Source of the DNA: Bryobacterales bacterium
Lineage (GTDB): Bacteria > Acidobacteriota > Terriglobia > Bryobacterales > Bryobacteraceae
Direction of reading: 5' to 3'
Length of the DNA: 64,000 nt
NCBI GenBank assembly: GCA_963710155.1
Contig: CAVPZQ010000010.1
Location: forward strand, 4,358 to 68,357
Made by a program: the position numbers and the translations under genes. Shown here one piece after another: positions 1 through 9,228 of the stretch. Below the pieces are notes generated by a model that saw only the letters and a list, made by a program, of their open reading frames with translations, was not told where the DNA came from and did no database searches. The first letter of the stretch is position 1; each line of letters opens with the position of its first letter.

Positions 1-113
1 GGCTTTTTGTGGCTTATGCGGGATAAGTAGCGGAATATAACTTTAACTTACGCCAGCCTCCATTAAAGGCTAGCTCGCGCGGACTGGGTTTCAGTACGCA
101 ATATCGCGGAAGT

Positions 114-1190
114 GTGCGCGGTTCATGTGCGGGGTTCATGTATGATATGCTTCTGAAACTGGTCGCGAAGGCCTCTCCACCCCACATGCGCGCCAAGCAA
201 TTTCCGACGCACGCGAACCGGCCACCGGGGGATCGCGATGTTCTGGATCAAACCCAGCCCGCGTTCCGACTCTTGAATCTAGTCCATGACGCCGTGATTG
301 CGGTCGGGCAGGAGGTAATCGTCCTCTATAATCAGCGCGCCGAAGCCATATTCGGATACCGGGCGGAGGAGGTCTTGGGCAAACCGCTGGAGCTTTTGCT
401 TGGTGCGGGGGGGAAAGAGACCCACTGGCGGCGCAAAGACGGGAGTGAGATCGTAGGGGAGTCGTCGCGGTCTGAAATTCCCTGGAATGGCGGCAGTATT
501 TGCGCTTATACCCTGCGCGATATCACTCCGCCGACGGTTATCGAAGAACGGTTGCGCGCGACACTTCGGGAAAAAGAAGTGCTGATCGAAGAGGTCCATC
601 ACCGGGTTAAAAACAATTTGCAGGTGATTACCAGCCTGCTCGGGCTCCAGGCGCGCAGCATCAAAGATCCGGCGACGCGCAAGAAATTCGAAGAGAGCCG
701 CTACCGGATTCAGGCGATGGCGATCCTGCATGAGATTCTGTACGAGTCCTCCAGCCTGGCCGAAATCGATTTCGCGGACTACATTCGCAGGATGGTGGAG
801 CACCTGGTTCGCTCCCATGGGGCGGCCTCGCGGATCCACACCGCAGTGCGTCTGGAGCCGCTGCAATGCCACCGGGATGTCGCGCTGCCGTGCGGCTTAA
901 TCGTGAATGAATTACTGTCTAATGCGTTTAAATATGCCTTTCCAGGAGGCACAAGCGGGAGAATTCGAGTGGTATTGCGGCGGGAGTCCCGCGGCAAAGT
1001 GCACCTTATGATACGCGATAACGGTGTGGGGTTACCGCCGGGATTGGACTGGAAAAACTCGCCCACGCTAGGACTGAGGCTGGTGCACACGTTAGCGCGG
1101 CAGCTTGATGCTGAGGTAAAAACCAGCGGACGCGCCGGGACTTTATTTTCCATAACTTTCCTGGACGGCCTTCCCATTTCTGCTGATTAG
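114..1190 (+). CDS. PAS-domain sensor histidine kinase (HisKA_2/HWE type)
   Basis: 358-aa ORF. H-box EEVHHRVKNNLQVITSLLGLQ (HisKA_2 signature) is followed by ATPase N/G boxes (NELLSNAFKYAF, IRDNGVGLP, LGLRLV). PAS-like N-terminal part (VILYNQRAEAIFGYRAEEVLGKPL). The real start may be 3' of 114. Confidence 0.8.
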   Translation: MRGSCAGFMYDMLLKLVAKASPPHMRAKQFPTHANRPPGDRDVLDQTQPAFRLLNLVHDAVIAVGQEVIVLYNQRAEAIFGYRAEEVLGKPLELLLGAGGKETHWRRKDGSEIVGESSRSEIPWNGGSICAYTLRDITPPTVIEERLRATLREKEVLIEEVHHRVKNNLQVITSLLGLQARSIKDPATRKKFEESRYRIQAMAILHEILYESSSLAEIDFADYIRRMVEHLVRSHGAASRIHTAVRLEPLQCHRDVALPCGLIVNELLSNAFKYAFPGGTSGRIRVVLRRESRGKVHLMIRDNGVGLPPGLDWKNSPTLGLRLVHTLARQLDAEVKTSGRAGTLFSITFLDGLPISAD

Positions 1191-1212
1191 CATGGAATAA
1201 TATGAGGAAGGT

Positions 1213-1965
1213 TTGGCTGATAAAATTTTAATCGTCGAAGACGAACGGATTACCGCTGAAGACTTGGCAGACATCCTGAAGGGGTTGAACTACCAGGTTA
1301 CGGCCGTAGTTTCGAGCGGCGCCGAGGCAATTCGCGAAGCGGAGGAAAATCCACCCGATCTGGTGCTGATGGACATCCGCATCAAGGGCGAGATGGACGG
1401 CTCGGAAACGGCGCGCATTCTGCGGGAGCGCTTCGATATTCCGGTAGTGTATCTGACGGCGCACGCGGACCGCGATACTTTGGAGAAAGCCAAACAGTCG
1501 CGGCCCTTGGGGTATGTCGTCAAGCCGTTTCATGAATCTGAACTGCACGCCAGCGTGGAGATTGCGCTTTCGAAACACCGCCACGACCGCAGCCTGCTGA
1601 GCCGCGCGCGACACATGACGGATGTGCTGGGCGCGTTGACGACGGCCATCCTCTCGGTGGACCAATCGGAAAAGATCGTGATGATGAACCCGGCGGGAGA
1701 AAAGCTGACGGGTTGGAGCAAGCAGGAAGCGCTAGGCGAGTCAGTCAGGGAAGTGTTCCGTCTGGCGGACTCGGAATTGCCGATCGAGGAGGCGCTTGAG
1801 GAGCGGTCTCTGGTGGAGATTCGCGACGCGCGACTCATCACAAAGAGCGGCATGCAGAAAGCGATTTCCGGGAATATCGCTCCGCTGCGCGATTCGAGCG
1901 GGGAGCCGGGCGGGGTCGTGATTATGTTCGAAGCCGCAGCGAGCGGGGGGAAGATCTTCACCTGA
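1213..1965 (+). CDS. response regulator receiver + PAS domain protein (possibly the 5' part of a disrupted REC-PAS-AAA+ activator)
   Basis: 250-aa ORF with TTG start. REC motifs (ILIVEDE, DLVLMDIRI, VVKPF) are followed by a PAS-like segment (KIVMMNPAGEKLTGWSKQEALG). It ends 59 nt before the AAA+ ORF. Confidence 0.8.
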   Translation: MADKILIVEDERITAEDLADILKGLNYQVTAVVSSGAEAIREAEENPPDLVLMDIRIKGEMDGSETARILRERFDIPVVYLTAHADRDTLEKAKQSRPLGYVVKPFHESELHASVEIALSKHRHDRSLLSRARHMTDVLGALTTAILSVDQSEKIVMMNPAGEKLTGWSKQEALGESVREVFRLADSELPIEEALEERSLVEIRDARLITKSGMQKAISGNIAPLRDSSGEPGGVVIMFEAAASGGKIFT

Positions 1966-2024
1966 TTTCGAAGACAGCGCTGGAGGGCGAGGGGAGCTCT
2001 ATTCAGTTCGGGCGTTTCTACATT

Positions 2025-2960
2025 GTGGCGGCGTCGGAGCCGATGAAGCAGGTCTTGTCCTTCGCGGTTCGGGTGGCACGAAGCGAGGCGACTACCGTTC
2101 TGCTGGAGGGAGAAAGCGGGACCGGGAAAGATCTGATGGCGCAGTTTTTGCACTATTCGAGCAACCGCCGCACAGGGCCGTTCGTGGCGGTGAATTGCTC
2201 GGCGATCCCGGAGGCACTGCTCGAAAGTGAATTGTTCGGGCGCGAACCGGGGGCTTATACGGATGCGCGCACGCAGAAAAAAGGGTTGCTGGAGGTCGCG
2301 CGCGGCGGGACCCTGTTCCTGGATGAGGTGGGGGACTTGTCTCCGGCAGTTCAGGCGAAGTTTCTACGGGTTTTGGAGCAGCAATCGTTCCGCAGGCTGG
2401 GCGGAGTGCAGGACATTGAAGTGGATTTGCGGGTGATTGCGGCGACGAATCGCGATCTTTCGGGTGCGGTGCAGACGGGTGCGTTCCGCCTGGATCTGTT
2501 TCACCGGCTGAGTGTGATTCAGATTGCGCCGCCGCCGCTACGGGATCATCCGGAAGATATTCTGCCGCTGGCGAATCATTTTGTGCGCCAGCACAACGTC
2601 CGCTACAAAGCCAATATTTCCGGAATCGCCCCGGCCACGGCGAAGATTTTAAGCGCATATGACTGGCCGGGGAATGTGCGCGAGCTACGCAATGTGATCG
2701 AGCGGGCGATTTTGCTGGAGGAAAGCGATGTGCTGCAGCCGGGGAGTATTCAGTTCGCTTCGCGGCGCGCGGGGGCGCTCGAGCACTCGACTCCGCCGCA
2801 AGCTGCTCCGAAGACGGATTTATCATTAAAGAATTCGGAGCGAAATTTAATTGTGCAGGCGCTGGAGAAAACGGGCGGCAATAAGACCAAGGCGGCGAAG
2901 TTGCTGGGGATCAGCCGGGATGTGCTGCGCTACCGGATGAAGCAATTCAAGCTGCTTTGA
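2025..2960 (+). CDS. sigma-54-interacting AAA+ transcriptional activator with Fis-type HTH
   Basis: 311-aa ORF. Walker A GESGTGKD, Walker B LFLDEVG, variant sigma-54 contact loop GAYTDA, C-terminal HTH NKTKAAKLLGISRDVLRYRMKQ. There is no sensory domain when translation starts from the GTG at 2025. Confidence 0.85.
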   Translation: MAASEPMKQVLSFAVRVARSEATTVLLEGESGTGKDLMAQFLHYSSNRRTGPFVAVNCSAIPEALLESELFGREPGAYTDARTQKKGLLEVARGGTLFLDEVGDLSPAVQAKFLRVLEQQSFRRLGGVQDIEVDLRVIAATNRDLSGAVQTGAFRLDLFHRLSVIQIAPPPLRDHPEDILPLANHFVRQHNVRYKANISGIAPATAKILSAYDWPGNVRELRNVIERAILLEESDVLQPGSIQFASRRAGALEHSTPPQAAPKTDLSLKNSERNLIVQALEKTGGNKTKAAKLLGISRDVLRYRMKQFKLL

Positions 2961-3768
2961 CGGGTCCGCCAGGCAGCGCGCGCGGGTGCGAAAGCCACTG
3001 CCTCCACCAGGCTCGCTTTTGCGCAGGGAAATGACGGCGCCAATAACTTCGGAAGTCACCGGTGCGTTGGTCGAGCCGCTCTTGGATGGCGATTACGGCG
3101 CTGGGGTCTTCGGGAAGAAGGTTGATGGTGGCCACGCAATCGTTAATAGCTCCCAGGCGGTCTTGCACGCCCTTTAGAGCTTTCGCTGCCGCCGCTATTT
3201 CAGGTCCGTAGAAGCGCTCGAATAACTCCAGGGTGTAGCGGAAGCGTTTGGCGCGGAGGCGAAAGCGGTGCAGGGTCTGGTAGTTCGAATGCGGGGCCGC
3301 TGCAGCGTCGCCGGTTTGGAAAAAGTCTTCCGCCAACGCGGGCAGGCGGGTGGCGATCTGCCAGTTGTCGTGGGCCGGCGGAGCGGCGTTTGCGGCCCGA
3401 TGGCGCTTGCGGCGTTCCTTCTTGAGCGTGCGGTGCAGTTTTCGCGCGGCATCCTCGCGCTCCTTCTTTAGTTGTGGTACAGACGGGCTTGCGGGGAGGC
3501 CGCACTCGACTAAAAGATCCAGAGCAATGTCACAATTTCTTACGGCGCCGCAGCGCTGCATTATCTTGTGAAGACGACGCCGCAGTTTTTTGACCGGTGC
3601 GCCGAAAATTCGGAAACATTGGAAGAGGCGGCGGATGGATACGCGCAGGTCGTGAATGGCGCCGGGATCGTCGGAATGTTTCGCGGCATGGCGGAGGTTG
3701 GCCTTGAAGTGGCAAAGACGGGCTCGCGTTTCGTGGCGCACGTACTGCGACATGGACGGCGGTTTCAT
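2947..3768 (-). CDS. CHAD domain-containing protein
   Basis: 273-aa helical ORF with the paired His/Arg blocks I associate with CHAD (IHDLRVSIRRLFQCFRIF; LHRFRLRAKRFRYTLELF). Its start overlaps the ppx stop (ATGA at 3765-3768). Confidence 0.7.
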   Translation of the reverse strand: MKPPSMSQYVRHETRARLCHFKANLRHAAKHSDDPGAIHDLRVSIRRLFQCFRIFGAPVKKLRRRLHKIMQRCGAVRNCDIALDLLVECGLPASPSVPQLKKEREDAARKLHRTLKKERRKRHRAANAAPPAHDNWQIATRLPALAEDFFQTGDAAAAPHSNYQTLHRFRLRAKRFRYTLELFERFYGPEIAAAAKALKGVQDRLGAINDCVATINLLPEDPSAVIAIQERLDQRTGDFRSYWRRHFPAQKRAWWRQWLSHPRALPGGPVKAA

Positions 3769-5294
3769 CGTTTCACGCGGACTTGCAGGGGCAGGCCGTA
3801 GATTTCACGGAACGCGCCAGACACTTGCTCGGCGTGCCATTGTTCGACGTCCAGATCGCGCTTCGACTGTAGCTGGAGTTCTACGGCTTTATCCAAAGTG
3901 GATACGAGCACGTCTTCGACCAATTGTTCCTGGCTTTGATCGAGGGCGACGGCGATGCGCAGGAGCGGGGCCAACAGCACCACGGCGCGGCGGCCTTCGG
4001 CGTCGAGCGACTGAAACTCCAGATGCGTGGGCTGCGGCATGGACTTGCGGTGATAGCGGCAGAGGTTGGCGATGACTAAGCGCTCCCATTCGGAAAAACC
4101 GGCGAGATCGGAATTCGCTACCAGGTAGAGCGAGTGCTTGTGGTGGCGCGATTCGTTTACCCAGTGGCCGATGTTATAGAGATAGGCAGCGGCTTCGAGC
4201 AACTGGCCATTTAAGGCGGGCAAGGCGTGCAGGGATCGCAATTGTTCGAACAACGTTGCGGCGAATTGAGCAACCTTGCGCACGTGTGGGGCGGAGAGTC
4301 CGTAGCGGCGGGAAAGCGCGACCACAACGCGGCGGCGGTCGGGATTGAGGCGCGCTTGGGCCAGGCCCACTTTGCGATGAGCCAGGTCAGCGATGATTCC
4401 TTCGCGCACGCCGGCGGTGGAATAGTAAAGGCGGGGCAGTTGAAACTTTTCGATAATCTCGCGCAGCACGGCTACACCGGCCACGATGATTTCGGCTCGC
4501 TTGGGGCCGATGCCGGTGATGCTGCGGCGGCCTTCCAGACTGGATGCGCTGACTTGATCGTACAAACTGCGGATCTGGGCGGCGGTGGCGGGAAGGCGGT
4601 CGGCTACATCGCGCCGTGAGCGGCGGACGCGGTTGACGGCGCAGACTACGGCGGCGGCGGTGGAGGAAGTGGCGACCATGCGGTCGATCTTGGCGGGTCC
4701 AAAACGGGCTACGGGACCGGCGACGCGTTCCTGAATATATTTGCGCATGCGGACCAACTCGCGGGGATCGGCGGGGTCGCTTTTCAGGAACATTTCGGTC
4801 AGGCGAACGGCTCCGAGTGGCTTGGAAAAGGAGTCGATGATATGGCCGGCGTCGCTCAGGATCAGCTCCGCGCTGCCGCCGCCGATGTCGGCCACCAGCA
4901 GGCGCTGCTTAGGATGAGGCCATTGGCTTTGCAGGCCCAGGTGCACCAGGCGGGCTTCTTCTAAACCGGAAATCACTTCGATGGGGGAGCCCAGGATAGT
5001 GGAGGCTCGGGCCAGGAATTCCGGCTGATTACGGGCGTCGCGCAGAGCGGCTGTGCCAACTGCGCGCACGGCTAACACGTCGAGCTTGCGGTAAGTGGCA
5101 GCCATGCCGGCGAGGACATCGCAGGCCAGATTCATGGTGGCTTCGTTGAGACGGCCTTCACGAAAGACGCTGGTGCCCAAGCGGACGACCTGGCGCTCGG
5201 AAGCGAGCACTTCCACCTTGCCATCCGCGTCGACTTCCGCCGCAAGCATACGAATGGAATTGCTACCGATATCGATGGCTGCGTATTGGGACAT
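3765..5294 (-). CDS. ppx: exopolyphosphatase / guanosine pentaphosphate phosphohydrolase (Ppx/GppA family)
   Basis: 509-aa ORF. N-terminal ASKHA motifs AAIDIGSNSIRML and DIGGGSAEL, plus a C-terminal HD-like region (NESRHHKHSLYLV). Confidence 0.85.
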   Translation of the reverse strand: MSQYAAIDIGSNSIRMLAAEVDADGKVEVLASERQVVRLGTSVFREGRLNEATMNLACDVLAGMAATYRKLDVLAVRAVGTAALRDARNQPEFLARASTILGSPIEVISGLEEARLVHLGLQSQWPHPKQRLLVADIGGGSAELILSDAGHIIDSFSKPLGAVRLTEMFLKSDPADPRELVRMRKYIQERVAGPVARFGPAKIDRMVATSSTAAAVVCAVNRVRRSRRDVADRLPATAAQIRSLYDQVSASSLEGRRSITGIGPKRAEIIVAGVAVLREIIEKFQLPRLYYSTAGVREGIIADLAHRKVGLAQARLNPDRRRVVVALSRRYGLSAPHVRKVAQFAATLFEQLRSLHALPALNGQLLEAAAYLYNIGHWVNESRHHKHSLYLVANSDLAGFSEWERLVIANLCRYHRKSMPQPTHLEFQSLDAEGRRAVVLLAPLLRIAVALDQSQEQLVEDVLVSTLDKAVELQLQSKRDLDVEQWHAEQVSGAFREIYGLPLQVRVKR

Positions 5295-5374
5295 GCTTAC
5301 TTTCGCACGGTGATTTCTTGTAACACAACGTTAACCAACAGCAGGGGTGCCTCTCGTTTATGATATAGGGGCTG

Positions 5375-6088
5375 ATGCAGGTTTTCCTACAAAATCGATG
5401 TCCTGGGCGTTTGATTGTGGTGGAAGGCATTGACGGCTCGGGGAAGTCCACACAGATTTCGCTGCTTTCGCAATGGCTGCGGCGGCGCGGATATGCGGTG
5501 ACATTTAGTGAATGGAATTCTTCTCCGCTGGTGCGTGAAACTACGCGGCGCGGCAAGAAGAAAGAGATGTTCACGCCGACATCGTTCAGCTTAATTCACG
5601 CCACGGATTTCGCGGACCGGCTGGAGCATTACATTGTTCCTCTGCTTAAAGCAGGCGCGGTGGTGTGCGCGGATCGCTACGCTTACACTGCGTTTGCGCG
5701 CGATGTGGTGCGGGGCGTGGATCGCTCGTGGGTGCGTAATTTATATCGCTTCGCCATTAAGCCGTCGCTGGCTTTCTACTTCAAAGTCCCGCTGGATGTG
5801 GCGCTGGGGCGTATTTTGGGCGGGCGCGACGCTTTGAAATATTACGAGGCTGGCATGGACCTGGGGCTCAGCCGGAACATCGAAGAGAGCTTTCGCATTT
5901 TCCAGGGACGGATTCTGGAAGAGTACGAATCGATGATCGAAGAAATGGGCTTCCATGTGATTGACGCGACCAAATCCATCGAGACGCAGCAAAAAGAAAT
6001 GCGGCGGATTGTGGTGCAGGAATTCGGGCGGACGCGGCCGCCGGGCGTGTTGGGGACGGAGGTCCGGGTTGCGGAATTACAAGGGTAG
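5375..6088 (+). CDS. thymidylate kinase-like P-loop kinase (paralogue 1)
   Basis: 237-aa ORF. Tmk-type P-loop VVEGIDGSGKSTQ and DRY motif (CADRYAYTA). The rest diverges from canonical Tmk. Confidence 0.7.
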   Translation: MQVFLQNRCPGRLIVVEGIDGSGKSTQISLLSQWLRRRGYAVTFSEWNSSPLVRETTRRGKKKEMFTPTSFSLIHATDFADRLEHYIVPLLKAGAVVCADRYAYTAFARDVVRGVDRSWVRNLYRFAIKPSLAFYFKVPLDVALGRILGGRDALKYYEAGMDLGLSRNIEESFRIFQGRILEEYESMIEEMGFHVIDATKSIETQQKEMRRIVVQEFGRTRPPGVLGTEVRVAELQG

Positions 6089-6125
6089 ACCGCCGCTGTC
6101 GTATTACAGGACGGCGTTGCCGGGC

Positions 6126-6842
6126 GTGGATTATGCGGAACTGCAAGGCAAGTTGATCGTGATCGAAGGGCCGGATGCGGTGGGTCGCAGCACGCAGGTG
6201 CGGCGATTGAAGCCGTGGCTGGAGGAGTTCGGACACGCGGTGCTGGATACCGGCATGGCGCGTTCGGCGCTGGCGGGTAAGGGCATCAAGGAGGCGAAGG
6301 CGGGGAATACGCTGGGTCCGATCACGATGACCTTGTATTATGCGACGGACTTCGCGGATCGGCTGGAGAACGAAATCATTCCGGCGCTGCGGGCGGGGTT
6401 TGTGGTGCTGACGGACCGCTACATTTTTTCGATCATGGCGCGCGCGATCGCTCGCGGGGAGAATCGCTCGTGGATCGAGCGGACGGCGGGGTTCGCGCTG
6501 GTGCCGCACGCGGTGCTGTACATGCGCGCGGAAGTGAAGGACCTGATTTCGCGCGTGGTGGTGGGGCGCGGGGCGTTCGATTACTGGGAAAGCGGTCTCG
6601 ATCTACACTTCGGCAAAGACATGTATGAGAGCTTTGTGCGTTATCAGTCGAGCTTGATTCAGGTGTTCGACGATATGGCCGAGCCTTACGGTTTTGAGGT
6701 GATCGATTCCTCGCAATCGCCGGACCGGGTGTTTGAATCGCTGAAAAAGGCGATCTCCAAAGTGGTGGAGATGGACGCGCCGACCAAGCCGCGCGCGAAG
6801 CGTAAAGTGGCAGTACCAGCAAAAAAGGCTGCCGCTCGCTGA
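6126..6842 (+). CDS. thymidylate kinase-like protein (paralogue 2, Walker-A Lys replaced by Arg)
   Basis: Frame of ORF 5961..6842. Start placed at the first in-frame GTG after the upstream gene stop. P-loop-like VIEGPDAVGRSTQ, DRY motif LTDRYIFS, Lys/Ala-rich tail. The start is uncertain. Confidence 0.6.
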   Translation: MDYAELQGKLIVIEGPDAVGRSTQVRRLKPWLEEFGHAVLDTGMARSALAGKGIKEAKAGNTLGPITMTLYYATDFADRLENEIIPALRAGFVVLTDRYIFSIMARAIARGENRSWIERTAGFALVPHAVLYMRAEVKDLISRVVVGRGAFDYWESGLDLHFGKDMYESFVRYQSSLIQVFDDMAEPYGFEVIDSSQSPDRVFESLKKAISKVVEMDAPTKPRAKRKVAVPAKKAAAR

Positions 6843-6847
6843 GGGCT

Positions 6848-8164
6848 GTGATCGCAACTCAAAAGGAACGGACGCAGTTCGGCAGAAGCCGGCGCGAGAC
6901 GGTGAGTCGCGCGGCGCAGGCAGAGTTGCGGGCGAAAGAGCGGCGCTTCGATCCTATGGCGGTGTTGCGCGCTGCGGCGGAGGGGCGCGTTCGCCAGCTT
7001 CTCCCGATTAAATACGCGCGTATGAAAGTCTCGCCGTTTGCGTTTTTCCGCGGGGCGGTTTCGATCATGGCGGCGGACTTGGGACGGTTGCCGCATTCGG
7101 GATTGACGGTGCAACTGTGCGGCGACGCGCATGTGCAGAATCTGGGGTCGTTCGCTGCGCCAGATGGAGCGCTGGTCTTCGATCTGAATGACTTCGACGA
7201 AACCATTCGGGGGCCGTGGGAATGGGACGTCAAGCGCATGGCGGCTAGCATTGTGCTGGCAGGGGGAGAGAGCGGGCACGCGCGGCCGCGATGCAAAGAC
7301 GCGGCGGAGATGTTTGGGGATAGCTATTGCCGCTCGATTCGGGAATTCGCGAACCTGCCGATTCTGCAAGTGGCGCGGCGGCAGATTCACCGGCAGGAAC
7401 GCGTCCGGCCGATTCATGCGGCGTTACGGCAGTCGCAACGAGCGCGGCCCTCAGAGCTGCTGCAGAAATTTACGGAGAACCATGGGGGACAGCCGCGGCT
7501 GCGGGATCTACGGCCGGGATTCTGGCGAGTGCGTGGCGGGAAAGCGCAGGAGGTATTGGATTCGCTGGCGTCGTATCGCCAAATTTTGTCGCCGGACCGG
7601 CGGCATTTGTTCGATCTGTTCCGGCCGATCGACGTGGGCTTCAAGGTGGTGGGAACCGGGAGCGTGGGGCTGCGCGATTACGTCGTGCTGTTTGAAGGGA
7701 ACGGGGCGCTAGACCCGATGTTTTTGCAGATCAAGCAGGAGATGCCGTCGGCGTATGCGCAGTGGCTGCCGGATTTGGTGTATCCGCATCAGGGACGGCG
7801 CGCGGCGGAGGGGCAGCGCGCGGTGCAGCCAATCTCGGACTTGTTGCTGGGCTGGACATCTATTGGAGAGCATCAGTATTTGGTCCGGCAGCTCAACGAT
7901 CACAAGGGCAGTGTCGATTTGCAGAAATTGCGCGGCGGCGGGCTGGAGAGTCTGGCGCAGGTGGCGGGAGAATTGCTGGCGCGGGGGCATGCGCGGTCGG
8001 GCGATGCGTGCGAAATTTCGGGATATTGCGGGGCCGGGACTAAAGTGACGCGGGCGTTGCGCGATTTCGCCGGACAGTATGCGGATCAGACCGATTCTGA
8101 CTATGCCGCATTTATGGCGGCGATCAAAAAAGGACAAATAAAGCCTGCCGAAACCCCAGCTTAA
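6848..8164 (+). CDS. DUF2252 domain-containing protein
   Basis: 438-aa ORF. The blocks RMKVSPFAFFRGA, VQLCGDAHVQNLG, LVFDLNDFDET and GPWEWDVKRMAASI match my memory of the DUF2252 family. Confidence 0.7.
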   Translation: MIATQKERTQFGRSRRETVSRAAQAELRAKERRFDPMAVLRAAAEGRVRQLLPIKYARMKVSPFAFFRGAVSIMAADLGRLPHSGLTVQLCGDAHVQNLGSFAAPDGALVFDLNDFDETIRGPWEWDVKRMAASIVLAGGESGHARPRCKDAAEMFGDSYCRSIREFANLPILQVARRQIHRQERVRPIHAALRQSQRARPSELLQKFTENHGGQPRLRDLRPGFWRVRGGKAQEVLDSLASYRQILSPDRRHLFDLFRPIDVGFKVVGTGSVGLRDYVVLFEGNGALDPMFLQIKQEMPSAYAQWLPDLVYPHQGRRAAEGQRAVQPISDLLLGWTSIGEHQYLVRQLNDHKGSVDLQKLRGGGLESLAQVAGELLARGHARSGDACEISGYCGAGTKVTRALRDFAGQYADQTDSDYAAFMAAIKKGQIKPAETPA

Positions 8165-8258
8165 CGTTGTGATAAAGTTGGATCTGCAGTCACCCGTCTG
8201 AACGTCTTGCCTTGTCCGCAAGAGATCCCATCGAATTTTAGAATTGGTGTGTCGATCC

Positions 8259-9227
8259 ATGCCGGGCGAAATAAAGGCCATTTGTTTTTCATGCGGTTTG
8301 TTGATGTTGGCGGCAGTCAGAGGGACTCTCGCCGATACACCGGATCTCAAGGCCGTGCGCCGGCCGATGGCGGACTTGCACGCTCTCGCGAAGATTGCGG
8401 TGCCAGGATCCCCGGATTGGGTGGCGATCGGCGGCAGCGTTTGGATCTCGAATAATCCCAAAAACAACGTCTCTAATATCGACCCGAAGACCAACACTAT
8501 TGTTGCTACCATTCCGGTAGGCAAGTCTCCTTGCGCGGGATTAGCGATTGGCTTCGGAAGTGTGTGGGTTCCTAACTGCGGCGATGGCAGCGTTTGGCGG
8601 CTGGATCTGCAAACACACCAGCGGGTGGCGGCGATCATGACGGGCGTGGCTGACACCGAAGGCGGAATCGCGGCGGGCGGCGGTAGCGTTTGGTTGCCTT
8701 CCGATAAAGCTGGGATCCTGTCACGCATCGATCCTAAAACGAATCAAGTGGTATCGAAAATCAAGATTGCTAGCGGGTCGTTCACGGCGGTCGATGGCGA
8801 AGGCTCGATCTGGGTTAGCAGCACCAAGAACAATCTGGTGTCGCGCGTCGATCCAAAATCGGAAAAGGTTGTGGCGTCGATTCCAGTGGGGCCGTCGCCG
8901 CGATTTCTCACGGTGGGATTGGGCAGCGTGTGGGTGCTGAACCAGGGCGACGGCAGTGTTTCGCGCATTGATCCGGCGTCGAACCGCGTCGTCGCGACCA
9001 TTGCTGTCGGCGTTCCGGGGGCGGGCGGCGATATTGCTACGGGAGACGGCTCGGTGTGGGTGACTGCGATTGGAACGCCGTTGTCGCGCATTGATCCGGC
9101 TACAAATCGCGTGGTGAAGCAGTACATTGGAAAGGGCGGAGACGCGCTGCGGTTCGGCGTGGGTTCTTTGTGGTTGTCCAACCATGAAATGCAGGAAGTC
9201 TGGCGAATCGATCCGAAGGGTTTGTGA
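8259..9227 (+). CDS. secreted beta-propeller repeat protein (YVTN/Vgb-like)
   Basis: ATG at 8259 (TTG at 8244 is also possible). Hydrophobic signal-like N-terminus (ICFSCGLLMLAAV), then about 7 repeats of the form G-SVWV..(D)GSV.RIDP.TN.VVA.I.VG. Confidence 0.65.
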   Translation: MPGEIKAICFSCGLLMLAAVRGTLADTPDLKAVRRPMADLHALAKIAVPGSPDWVAIGGSVWISNNPKNNVSNIDPKTNTIVATIPVGKSPCAGLAIGFGSVWVPNCGDGSVWRLDLQTHQRVAAIMTGVADTEGGIAAGGGSVWLPSDKAGILSRIDPKTNQVVSKIKIASGSFTAVDGEGSIWVSSTKNNLVSRVDPKSEKVVASIPVGPSPRFLTVGLGSVWVLNQGDGSVSRIDPASNRVVATIAVGVPGAGGDIATGDGSVWVTAIGTPLSRIDPATNRVVKQYIGKGGDALRFGVGSLWLSNHEMQEVWRIDPKGL

Positions 9228-9228
9228 T

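Noticed and set aside
14-196. 60-aa minus-strand ORF at the window start, and the non-coding-looking first 113 nt.
   Set aside because: It is short, overlaps the histidine kinase start region, has no motif and has no start context. It is probably just upstream intergenic DNA.
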